A stretch of DNA of 64,000 nt from Lepidodermella squamata. Lineage: Eukaryota > Animalia > Gastrotricha. Within the stretch, counting starts at the first letter, position 1. Every line of letters starts with the position of its first letter. Below are positions 13,368-26,244 of the stretch, piece after piece. The translations under genes and the position numbers were made by a program. The notes under the pieces were generated by a model. That model was not told the origin of the DNA, did not search any database, and was given only the letters and a program-made list of their open reading frames with translations. The DNA lies in contig JBLDXI010000001.1 of the NCBI GenBank assembly GCA_047495785.1, positions 2,108,001-2,172,000 on the forward strand, in the 5' to 3' direction.

Positions 13368-15525
13368 TTACAACATATTTGTATAATGAATAACAGAAAG
13401 CGCGATTTGGAAAATAGTGATAATGAGGAAGGTATGAGATGTTGCTAGCAGCGGCGCCGAATTTTCACCCCGCCGACCGCCATATTGCGCACCCTCGTCG
13501 TCCCAATCCAGGGCGTTTTGCCGCTGTTCGGACGATATTTTACTGTTACCGAACCCGTCAACGTCCATTGGGGTTGTAGCTAGTTCTAGCACGATCACAT
13601 TTTTGCCACCCGGGGTCGGTTGCACCTCTTTCGGGTTGAACCACCACGGCTGATTCTCGCTGGTATCTTCATCGGGATCCAGCTCCATCTTAGGCCGTTT
13701 TGTTGTCTGTTGGGTCCTTAGTCGACTCGGCATCCACAGGGTGGAGTCGGTAGGCGGGTTCGGCCATTCCGAGTCGCTAGGAGCTGGCGGGGTTGATACA
13801 GGCCGACCCCGGGTGGGTTTCACCCGTGGGGCCCGGGTCGGTGCCACGTTGGAGCCAGGTGTCGTCACTGGCACCGCCTGGGTCACTGGTCGATTCGAAG
13901 ACCCTTGCATTTTGTAGAGGCTTTCAAGATAGACAGCTTCAGCTGCTTCTGGCGTCGCTGGCAGTTTACACGAATCAGACCCGGTTTTCGCCTGGATCTG
14001 CGACACGTAGTACATAGATTCCGACTCGTCTTTGCCGCAAACTTTCTTGACCGCCGAGGCCATGCATCCGGAGAATAAAGTGAACAACGGGCAGTTGATG
14101 GTCGTTTTCGGCCCGTCTTTTGGTCCCATAAGCCCGGCAATGCCGTTCATCGCCGCTGATTCACGCTCGTTCAACCCGGCGCCATCAGCAGTCAGCATGG
14201 ATCCGAATCCTTGGAACGAGGCGAGTGAGGAAATTGTTGATTTTATCGAGTCGCCTTTTTGGCTCGCCGACTCGAGCATAGTGTAATTGCGGTAGTGTGA
14301 GCAGTAGCGTTGGCGGATGTTCATGCCGCCGTTGCGCTCGGTGCAGTCGAGGTACCGCTCCAGCGACCGATTGACACACATGACTTGCAGCACGCCCCTC
14401 GCATCCTCGACGCCACTGCCTAACGAGCCTAGAAGGCTCGGGCATTTGCCGAGCAGGCCGAGACACGACAACATGGGATCTGCCATTTCGCAAAGGCCAG
14501 TGGAAGTTTCGCGCATCTTCGCTAGAAAAAAAATATAAAAAAATGAATAATCAATCGAAAAGTTCCAAGTTCGCAAAAATCATGTTGAAATCTCGAAACA
14601 CATCAAAAGGCTGCTTGATGATGGGGAAGGTAGAAGTTGATAATTTTAATTTTGCTTTTCAATTTTTCATGTTGGATTTTTCTTTCAAGATTTTTCACCG
14701 ACAAACTTCCAAGTTCTGATTTTTATAAGAGATTAGATCCATATTTTTTTCCAGTTCGAAGATCCCCCAATTATCGAAATTGCTAATTAGCACTCTGATT
14801 GCGATTTCATTCCTCGAAATTCGAGGTATCGCATCCTCAGTTCAAACAAGACATTTTTGCTTTTTCTCAGCGGTATTCAGGAGGGTCGTATTTCTGTCAA
14901 TTTTGTAAATTGAAGCCCGAGCTCTAATTTTTGACCAGCGAAAATAGGTAACTTGTTCCGGATAATATTTTGAGCTTCGAAATTATTTCCACGAATTCTT
15001 GAGAATTTCGTGATTGTTCAAGAAAATACGCAAAAATATTCCCGAAATTTCCTTTGAATTTTCGAAATAGTACTAACTTAACACTTTGCAAACCCTACTT
15101 TCATCTGATTTTGAAATACGATTCAGTAATTTTGTTTCTGCGAAATGTTTTGGTGAATTGATGAAGATTTAAGACCTTTTTGAATATTGGGAAAATTCGG
15201 GAAAATCTGTTTGAGATATGTAAAACTTGGCCTTACCGATATCTGAAGGAGAAAAATCGTTAGGATCCTCCTGAATGCGGATGGCGTCTCGAAGACGCTC
15301 GACCAGAGTAGGCAGTTGGCTCTGAATACTCGTACAAGTTGCGACAATACTGAACAAAATGTTAGTCGGGCAGTCTTGGACGCCAGCCATCAGCCCAGCC
15401 GGCATCATGCCTGTCGGCACAACGCCGTTTTGAAATGACGGCTGCTGGGCGGTTGCTATCGCAAAAAACACTGCGGCCAAACAACAGCCACAGCGTATAA
15501 GTAAAGACTTCATCTCCCTAGACAT
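13368..15525 (-). CDS. Paralogue of the 1.1-4.2 kb surface protein, single Cys-rich domain, Pro/Thr stalk, GPI-like tail (exons ~15525 or 15513-15237, 14521-13368)
   Basis: Signal peptide; CPT..SIVATCTSIQSQLPTL matches the paralogue's first exon. Same phase-1 intron position. Shared LC..CL.LL.KCPS / FSGCMASAVKKVCGK / CKLPAT..AAEA.YL. Hydrophobic C-terminus. Confidence 0.82.
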
Positions 15526-18500
15526 AAAAAATTAAAAATAGTAGACAAAAATTAGTAACTGATATTTTTTGTCCGATCGCATTATCGTGTATATAATAAT
15601 GGCATATTAATTCTGTTAAAAACGAGCTTTGCGCTCGTTCAAGTGCGATGAGACATTAAAGTTTAATGGCATATGTTAATTCGTTGCATACGGCTTAATA
15701 ACAATGCGCTAATGATCGAATAAAAAGTCATCACCGGCAAAAACTTGAGCGCAGGCCAGGCCTTGTTTGTTGAAAATTAGCGCGCGCGCGTAATAAGGCA
15801 CACAAAAAACAACGGGTCGCGTGCCGCGCCTCGACGCGCGTGTTTTTGTTTGCGGTTTTTAGCGCTCGCTCGCTCACTCGCATGCCCATATCCTTACTAG
15901 CCTCTCCTTCTGCTTGCTGCTTTTTAATAAAATATAAACGATCATTAACATGATGATATAATGCGCGGAAAATAGGCGCGCGTAAGACCTTGCTTGAACC
16001 AGTCAACCTCGAATAAGTGCATTAGTATATAATAATCATGCACGTCTTCGCTTTTAATTTCAATAAAACGAATATATTTTGCGTAGAAACAAACCATTCA
16101 GTTTTCAGCATTCAGATTTTTTGTGGGGCGAACAAATTCAAGGCGCTGGCCGGAGCCAATTAACGTCGCCAGTATGAAAAAATTGCTGTGGTCTCTGATA
16201 TTGTCTGAGAACTAAAACTTGAGTCGATGGCCTTTCCTAATCAACTCAAAGTGCGATGAAGTAAAAAGAAAAATTTACGCATTTTTCCCTCATTGCGGCG
16301 AAGAAAAAATGCGTCGAAAAAAATCCATATAGCCTATAAATATTTGGGAAGCCATCGAGCGCTACTTTATCGCTGATAGCAAGCAGTCGACCCCACTCCC
16401 TTGGGACCTGAATTTCCGGTCTGAGTCCGTAATATACTAAGTGATAATAAGATAACACCCGTTTTTTGCATTCTATATATATCTATAATATATATCGAAT
16501 CATCTAAATATCAAAGCCACAACTATTGCTATCGGTCGTCAAGTCATCCGTTAATTTTTCGATTTTTCTAGGCCTGATGAATTCCAGGGGCAACGGTAAT
16601 TGCTCTATAAATCTGTAAATCTTCTACAATCGCAAAAAGCAAGAATACGGAAGGGCCATAATATTATTTGGCTGTTAAATGCTCGGGCATAGGTACTTAA
16701 TGTAAACAGGCGTGTAAAAAATCGAATCGATGTGCGTGTGTTAATATAGTTTCCATGTTCCCAGCGCCCCCAGGCTATAAATTCTGGCAGAAAAAATGTT
16801 ACGTAGTGCCAGACTCTAAATCATCAAACAATAGGTACGCCGGTAATAAAAATACTCCCAGACTTTCGCAAAATTCCAAAAAAAAAATAGGGAATTTGGT
16901 GAATTTTTCGAAGACGAATGTTTAGTCTCGACTGATGAATCTTTCTTGCCTGTTGCGTTCTAGCTGGGGCAAGGCGTAAAAAGCTTGTGAAGGGCGCGTC
17001 TTTTTGTTCATTGATGTTACGAAACGTGTTAAATGGAGTGTCAAGTGTTTTGTTGATTCGCGCCTGCTTTTCCCGATGCAACAAAGGTATCAAGGCAACA
17101 ATTATTGTAACACATAGCAACGGTAGTCGTCTCCTGGGCTAAATTGGGCGAACAAACGCAAAATACAATGGAAGCGCCTCTACCTCATCATCGTTAGAAA
17201 GAGTGGTAGGCAATTTATATTATCACAGGTACGCCGAGTGGGTGGCTATTATTATTTGCGCCTAGATTTTAGCCGTCGTTATTTGTCGCCGCTCAGGATA
17301 TAATAGACGCGCATCATCGGACATGACCTGCACATCCTGTTTGTTGGATGGCCATTGGCCGCGTGGCCGACATACAAAAGTGGGCCGTATTAAGACGCGC
17401 GAAAAACGCGCGACACGCGTCTGCCTTAATAACAAAGGGGAAAAAAGGGACGGACAATGAAAATGGTGCGTGACAAAACACCGCGACCGGTTATAATAAT
17501 TATTATTATACCTACCTACCGGCGGAGTGTAAGATATAGCAAATATTGAGGTTATAAATTCGTCGCGAGAATTGGAATCGCCGCAACAAAACAATAATCA
17601 TGATATAATATTAAAAACGCGCTAGTTTTGTCAGCTAAAAAGGTGCGGCGCTTTTGCAAGTGCGCAAATATTTACGGTGATGATAGTAGTTGTAGTGCGC
17701 TGAAAGGTGAAGAGATTCGTATCCAAAGCCCGCGCACACGCGCGCACAAATCAACAAAACAACACGAGCAAAAATTACTCGCCGAAAAAATCGCATATTT
17801 TCCCTCTCATTAAGGCGGATTGATATTATTATATATATATCTATTGCAAATATGTTATTATTACTGCTGCATCGCGAGAAAATAATGCATTCACATTCTA
17901 ATTAGAAATCCGCCTACCTGTTCGTGCGAAAATATGCGCGCTATTTGCGGTCGGTTACCAAGCGCTCTCGGCAGGAAGCGACGCTAATATCGAAAAAATG
18001 ACAACCCGAGCCTCAAGGGAGGTCGTTTTTTCTTCTTCGCCAGCCACTCCGGCCCCCGAAAAATTCCGCGGAATCAAGAGGGTATATAGTAAAACGTCTG
18101 GGGCGATTTATTAGGTATGCAATAAAACGTAAGGGAAGTAATATATGGTTTCGGCGTAGTTGTTCGGTCTTTTGGTCGCGCTGTGAATGAACGAGTGTCA
18201 TGGACTTTACGGGCGCTGGAGAGGGAGCAGCGACTCGGTAAATATTTGTCACTCATTGGCTATGCGCCTTTTCGCCGGTGCACGTTCCGAACAGGAAGAC
18301 ACTTGTATGTGATGTCTCCGACACATCATCGCCGCCCCGCAGGGTGGCCTGTAACGCGGAAAGGTAGTTAGTTAGTTAGGTAGGTAGGTATAAGTATATT
18401 AACGCAGAAATAATATGAGCAACAATATAACTGATATACCCACCTAATAACTAATGTGTACATAACGGGACGCGCGATGATATATATTGGACGGCAGGGT

Positions 18501-20288
18501 GGGCACTAGAAAACTGCAAATAACAACAATAACAGAGTGACAACAATAACAAAGCAAGGGCGGGTTGTCCCGCCCGCCTGCCGTCAAACAAAAATTCATA
18601 ATTCGTGGGATGCGCTTGCTCAGACAACACATGTCGGCTCGTTTTAATGGCGAAATCGTGTTTGGACCAGGCATTATTTGATAAGTGCGTTGACCCTGAA
18701 AATTAGCGCGCAACAAATCACGCAACACCATACCTCCGGTAATCGGTATGATTAGTGGTATAAAAATAATCGCGCGATATTATTAGCGATAAATATTAAT
18801 ATCAGTCATAACAGCGTTTAGCCCGTCGTTTTGTTGTTGTTGTTGTTAAATCGCGGTGATGATGAGGCACGCGCTCGCAGTTAATGGCGCCTGGGCCCGC
18901 TCGCACTCTTGACGTCTTCCTGCCCGATGGCATGCCTAAACACGTATTATTTTATATCGCGCGAGGTATCACGTATCGAAAAATAAACGAGCGCACTTTT
19001 CACATCAATCACCTGAATAGCAATAAGCAATAATAAATAACTATAAATGCATGAAATATGGCTCGAAATTATAAATAATACCGCGCTTTTGTATTATTAT
19101 TTTATTTTTGAAAATTATAATAATGAAAATGCGCTCTTGACTTGGCGTCTGGGCCAAATAATAGAAATTACGTTTCTCGAGTGCTTTTCGATATTATTGT
19201 TTTACCTAAAATAAAAGTAGAAACTTCCGCCTATGAAAAGCCGGCGTGGGAAATGAGCGAAAAATTGGATACAATATTTCAAAAATCACAAACAAATCAC
19301 TCGATTTGTATACTATATCGCGGAAGTTCGGTTAATGAAAAGGCGCAAAAAAGTTGATAGTGGGCAGTTTGTCCCCTACTTTGGTGGGGGGTATTTCTTC
19401 GGCGCAGTGATGGTCACCGCCCTCGCTTATGATAGAGGCAATTAACACTGCGCCTCGCATATATTCAAACGCGGCGACTCGCGCCTCGTTCGCCGAACTT
19501 GCGAAATAACCTATCCACATCAGCGCCTGCTTCTCGCAATGATGCAACTCACGCCCGTTTCAAGTGCGTGCGTGAACTCGGTCCATTTAACATAAATTAT
19601 CACATGATGTGCAAAAGACAAAATTTTCAATTTCTTCAAGTCGCTTTATTTCTTGTTTCTCAACTCCTATATGCAGTTAATATTATTATTATTATCATAC
19701 GATGACGTAGAAAGAAAGAAGTTTTTACATTTGTTGCAGATTACCTGAGCCGTCGAACAGACTCACACGAAATGGTAAAAAATGACAGTAATAATTGGCA
19801 ATACAATAATACATTTTCCACACGATTAGCCTACACGCGCTTCATCGATCAGTCATGCGAGTTCTTATAATTTATCTCATTTCAATCGCATGAGAACACA
19901 AAAGAAAACAAAAATTGAAGTACTAAATAAACAACAGTAACAACTGGTCGAAGAAAGTCGAAGCAAAACAATTGTTAAGGTGGAACGACACTAGTTTTTC
20001 TCTCGACTGCATAGAAGCGAGTTTTGCTTACATTTTTTTCGAGTTCATTTCAGAGAAGGAAAATTCGATGAAGAGAGAGAGAAAGGCACCTTGCTAATTA
20101 AAACAACTAGCTTATATGGCTATTTAAACCATTAAAGCGTTGGAATTTTCAAGCCCAATCGATAGAGAGGCAAATCAACTTTATCATTAAAAGCTCCATC
20201 TTAAAATAATTTCAAATTTTAACGATGAGGCTTGAAAATTCAGTAACAATTGAAACTGTAAAACGAAGTGGCTAAAACGATTTTTTTC

Positions 20289-23200
20289 TCAGACTTTTGC
20301 GGATGAATTGACAAAATTGAGGAACGCGTTGCTGAAAGCAGTTGTTTGATGGCCCGAAGACGAATTCGACGATTGATTGTTGCTAGCCGATGTTGTCGGC
20401 TGTTGTTGTTGCTGGGGCTGCTGCTGCGTTTGAACCGTGACAACCTGCGGCCGTGGTTGTTGCGCCAACTGCGCGACATGAGCCACCCTCGCCAGCGAAA
20501 TTTGCTGACCAGCCGGTTGCAAAACGTAGACGCTCGGTCCTTGCTGCGAATTCTGGGTTAATGGTACGACATACGCGTTCGGAGTCGCCTGGCCCTGCGT
20601 CACCTGAATAGTTTGCTGCGTGACTTGAGGCTTAGCAGCCGCGACCAGTTTGATGCGAATCGCCGGCGCCGGGGAGGAAGATGCAGCCGGCTGGTGGATG
20701 ACCGTGGCGGGGCTCGGAGCCGGGTTGAGCAAGAGACTCCGAATTCCGTTACCAGGACTCGCTGTTATCACAGTACCGCCCGCCACCTTCCGAACAGGAG
20801 GCGGCAACTCCCCGATCGTAGGCCGGTGATACCCGGCCGGGGCTGTTGTATTCACCGTTAATTGCGGCCGTTGAGGTGGCGGGGTTTGAAATTGAGGCGG
20901 GGTAAACGACGATTGTTGGTGGTAATTATGCGGGGCCGGGTTCGGGGCGGGTAACCTCGGCTGTTTAGCAGGCCGAGGGGCGGAGTTGACCTGTCGAGAT
21001 CTCTGCTTTTCACTCTGCGCCGCTTGTTGCTGATAGCCGGCCATGAAATCACTCGGTTTCGGCTGCAACGACGGTCGCCGTCTGTTCGGCGAGCTCTTCG
21101 CGCGAATCGACACCATCTCCTGCACGGCGCTATTCGCGATTTGCCCATCTACGTCTTGCCCGAGCAATTGGTCTAGGTTATTGCAAAACTGCTCGTATTC
21201 CGGCTCTTGGTTAGTCGGCTCGGCTTTCTGAGCCCTCCGCCTCGCCGATTTCGGCGGTCGTTCTGACGGGCTTTTCTCGCGTTTCCTCGGCGTCCAATCT
21301 TCGTCATCAGCGCCGCCCCAGACTTGCTCGAAATCCGGGCTAGACAACTCACTGCCATTTGTGAATGCGCTGGAGTTAAGCTGGCCTTCTTTCTGCTGAG
21401 TTGAGCTCCGAGTGTGACACGCCATTTGACCGACGAAGCCGCGCTCGTTTCGCTCTTTCGCGACTTGCGGAAAGTTTTGCCGGAGTAGACTTTGAAAATG
21501 ACGAGATAAACGGCGAACTTTCGTAGAATAAGCTGAAAAATATATACAAGATATGAATCAATTTGTCGATTAGAAAGCTGGAAACAAAGTAAACTGAAGT
21601 CAATATATGTCTCATGTTCGATTTCTAATAATTTTTGTAACTGAAGGAGGTTCTGAAGTACGAAATCGTACCTTGTCACGCGAGTTTTCTCAATTTACAA
21701 AATTTCGAACAGGATAGAATTTATGAGCCATGTGAACAAAATTGTAGTTTAATTCGTCAAGAATTTCAGAAGTGTAAATTAGGAAAATTGCAGCTAACAA
21801 ACGCTTTTTATTCTAAGGTAGCGCCAGAAAACTTCGCGTTGACGCGAATCTACTGATTCCAATTTTTGATGAGTTCACGTTTCGAAGAGCTGATACGTGA
21901 GTCGGATACATCGCAGCATCTCGTGAACAATGGCAACCTCTTTGCTTCACTTCTAACTTCTTTGGAGCTTCCAAAGAAGTGCAATACCAACTGTATGGCT
22001 AGGCACGATTTGCACCGAAATTCACTAGGATAACGCTCGTGGTTAAATGAAGAGATCTGGCAAACCTACTAAGCTTCGTCAATACGGCTTCAACTGCGTT
22101 GAAATTAAGCGTTCCTGAATAATGAACGCAATATTCGATAAGGGAAATAATTCCCGAATTTTCCCGTGTTGCCTAGCCTCAACTTTTCTCTGCCAATTTT
22201 ACACAAATTCACAAAAATTTATCGGTTTCCAACTAATTTCGGTTTTAAAGATTCAATCGAAATTCAATAATGTTATATTTAATTACTTACGATTAGCATC
22301 GCCGTTGTAAGTGATGCAGTTTCTACAAAGTTGATCGAAATCAGCGGCCAGTTCCCGAATATTCGCATACAACCGTTGAATTAGCTTCCGCGACATCGCA
22401 TCCAAATCCATAGGATTCTAATATCAGCAAGGTAACAAATAAAAATAATCACTCTACTCGAAAATAACCCACCTTAATAACATCGTAATAATCAGGAGCA
22501 ATCGATGTTGGAACAGGGTCGATAAACGGCGCTGCGTCTTGATGTTTAACGAGAGCAGATAGAATTTCCTGCATTCGATACTGCTCTATTTCAGCATCAT
22601 CCTCCTCTTCAGAATCGTCCCGATAACCGTCGCCATCTTCGCCGTCTTGCGAGCTATCAAGCCCAGTAGCCGGCAAACCCACGGCTCGACGATTCGCCCG
22701 GTTTGCTCGAGAGGACGCGGCTTCCAACCGCCGCCTTTCCGCCTCCTCTTCCTGCTGCTTTTTCCGCTCGAGGGCTTCTTCATTCGTCATCGGAGGTCGG
22801 CGGAATTTTCGCTTTTGGCCATCGCCGCCATACTCCGAGCCTTCGTGAACGCTATCGTTACCTCGCGCTGGTGTGCCATTCATGGTCTCGAGACCCTCGC
22901 CGTTATCAATCAACTGGCCATCACTCGCTATGTACGAAATAAAGCGACCGGCATCAACGAAAGCCTTCCGTTTACTGTCCAAGCGGTTAGATTGGCGGCG
23001 AGGCAGCAACATTAAAGCCCGCTTCTTCATAACACGTTCCTTCTCGGCGAAAATTTCTTGAAGGATCGGTAGAATGCGCTCGGTCATAACCGCGTACAAC
23101 TCGACGTCAGGCGTTTTCTTTGACGATGAAATCTCAGCGAAAAATGCATGCCATTGATCCTCTGTGGTGGCAACTATCTCCCATCGAGCTTGAGGAGGCT

Positions 23201-24147
23201 CGACTGGTTTTTCTCCGTCCTCCATCGAAGAATCTAACGCGCTGGTATCAGCAGATTTTTCAGCTTTTACTGGGCTAGCTTTCCGTTTCCTAGAAAGGAG
23301 AGTTGAAGAAACGTTTCAGCAATATTGTTCAACAATTACCCTCTCTTTTTGCCTCTGCCAAACGTTCTTCTGGATTTCGCTTTGCTTTTCGCAGGCGGTG
23401 CCCTGTTACAGTAAAATGTGAACCTAAACGCAGCAATATTAAAATAATTACTTCTTTTTTGGAGGAGGAGGCGGCGGCGGAGGAGGTATATCCCGATATA
23501 AACGGGTGTCACCGAAGTGCCAATAAATCTGGCCTTTCGAGTCTTCACCGAGCGGTTCCATTCGGATCGCATCCGCATCGATATCTTTTAATTTACTTTC
23601 GGGTGAGTTTACATCAAGATCGATTCTGGCCATGCATAAGGCCATTAATAGCTCCAGGCGAGATGACGTCGGTAAAGCCCAAAAGCTTTGATCGGCTAAG
23701 TTCGACAGAATATCTCCTTTACCTGCCTCAGCAGCTATCCGAGTCAAGTATTGCTGGTAGTTATCACGGCTAAAATTTTTAAAGTTAACATCAGTATGAC
23801 AACATAAAATTTATAACCTACTTGATTTCGACGCATTTCCGAAAGCTTTGGAGAAGCGCGATGAAGTAATCAAGAAAGAACTGGCTTGCCATATCTTCGC
23901 ACAAGGCGAGGCAGCCATCTTCGATATCCTCCGCGTACACGTTGGGTAAATGCCAGATTTTTTGGAATGAATTCGCATAAAACGTGATAGCAGCGACCTC
24001 CCATCTTGTTGATAAATCGACAGGTTCAGCTGCGGGCGGTGCTGGCTTTTCTTCAGCCTTCACAGGGTTTTCCGAGCTACCAGATGGAGGTTCGCCAGGA
24101 GGCTGCTGCTCTAAAGTAGCATCGGCATTTGATACGCTTTCCTCCAT
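20289..24147 (-). CDS. CECR2: CECR2/dikar-like chromatin-remodelling factor (DDT, WHIM, bromodomain, Q/P-rich tail; about 964 aa; exons 24147-23822, 23769-23452, 23402-23340, 23289-22473, 22417-22291, 21532-20289)
   Basis: WEVAAITFYANSF (DDT-like); DADAIRMEPLGEDSKGQIYWHFGDTRLY (CECR2 WHIM2 signature); WEIVATTEDQW (WHIM3). Bromodomain AAPFIDPV..APDYYDVIK|NPMDL...NCITYNGDAN|PYS is reassembled in frame across GT-AG introns. Confidence 0.85.
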
Positions 24148-26244
24148 ACTGCCGCAGCAACGATCAGTTCATGAAATGCGTTCAAAGCTTGGAATAATAC
24201 ATACTAAACTGGAATAAATTTTCAATAATTAACATGATAAATAATTATTTCTCTTAGGTCAATAGTGTAGCGCGATCTCTGCACGTAGCAAGCAGCAACC
24301 GAGAGGAAATATTCAGCTGTTAATAAATCAAAATAGCATGGATACGAGACATAAGGCGCTCATTAAATTGAGACGGAGGAAGCAAACGGTCCAAAACACA
24401 AGGAAAACGCATCATCAGAGCGCCACAGCTAGGTTGGGAAATCTCAACTGTGATCACTCCCATAACCTGAAATAAAACCAAAATGGCATCTTTAACTGCA
24501 ATTGTGACCAATGGGTTTATACCCAAAGCATTGCGCATTTCCCAGGTAACTTTTCACCTTCAAAGATGAGATTAAACCACGAGCCGGAGCCTTTCTTATC
24601 GCAAATTTGCACTCATCGGTGTTATAGAAATAATACTTACTACACTTTCCAACGAGGACTGAGGGCAGGTACTCCCACCTGGAGCCTAACGTCTAATAGA
24701 AGTCTTGACAGCTGTGGCTAACGATTTTTAGCTAGCACCCGTCACTGGGCAATGTATATTTTCATCAGTTCCATGAATACTGTACGAAGGTACCGCTCAT
24801 CAAAACGACGAATAATGAGCTGCTGAGAAAGAACTTTGAACTTGACTTTGAGATGAAAAACTACGCAATCCTGCATCTTGCGACCACCAATTATAAGCAA
24901 TGTATGACTTCATTGAAGACAAAAGATAAAAGCTGATGTTGCGGCAATAATTGACGGGCATCGAAAGCAATGACTACAGTAAAAGACATAGCGAGATGTT
25001 TCAGATAGCACTAAAAACTCAAAACGCTGCCCCAAATCAAATGGAAAATCGTGAGACCAACGACCAACATTGAATCAACGGCAGCGGCAGGAAACAGAAA
25101 GCGCAAACACGCTCGGCTCTTGGCCGTTGGCAACGTTTCAACAAATTGAAAGGCCCGCCATACGACTACCGCGACGACTCAGATGAGAGCTGTTGTTTTC
25201 CAACCCAAACAGAAAAATCATTTCGAAAGCTTTTCTTTTCATTCAAAAATGACACTTATTCTGAAAACAAAAAATATGATTTCGATAATAACTTAAACCA
25301 AATATTATTTTTGATGATTTTCAAATCGATATATTAATTTTCTTAGTCGCAGTATAATAAGAGTGATTCACTCGTTCCACGTTCGCTGTTCGCTGCTTGT
25401 TTGCAGCTGGCTCTCTGGCTCTTTACTTATTCACTCGACGAGCGGTTGTCTGATATCCCACGCTGAAAAGTGGCTCATAGCAGCATCACAGAACAAACAC
25501 AAAGCACATGTCACTGCCAGCCTTGGTCTTTCCAAGGGGTTTGCTTCACATGACCCGGCTGGGTGACCCCGCTATTCGGAGACCCGAGGCCCTGAATCTG
25601 CTTATGGATTATTCTTTATTCATCAAACCGTAGCCAGCAGGTGAGAGTCGGCAATATCTCGTCGCCACTATTACTGATATGAGATTGTTTGAAGAATCGT
25701 GTTGTAGACGCGACGCGTCAGCTTCAACCGCAATCGCAGATGTCGCAGATCATTAAATGAGATGGTTTATTTTTAATGCCTGATGATGGCCTCTGTGTCC
25801 AGCATCTGCACTTTGTGGAAACGATTACCATCAAATGGAACGTTATAGCTCACTATCAGCGATTCGCAGCAACTTCAAACTATACCGGGCGCGATCAAAG
25901 AATAACAGCTTTCTTTGAATTTTATTGCAATTAAAACTTGGTGAGTTTTTTCAAATCTAACGTTGATTTAATAGTTTCACACGCCACTCAAGACTTACTC
26001 AGATTTATGTTGACGAAGTATGCAGTAGAGTCAGATTGAAAACATGTTATTCTCATACTTCTCAGGGAAGGAGATTGCGTAGCGAAATGACCGCTAATAA
26101 TCTCTTTCGATTGACGAAAAAGTTAATTAAGCAATTAGACATGTCATGTGCTTGTGATATAAGTACCTAATGTCATCGATTCTAAGATGGGCAATATTTA
26201 AGTCGTACCAGAATTTCAGTCGTTTCAAAACTTCAATTGCAACA

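Noticed and set aside
21869-22033. 54-aa plus-strand ORF inside the last CECR2 intron
   Set aside because: Short, no motif, within chance expectation.
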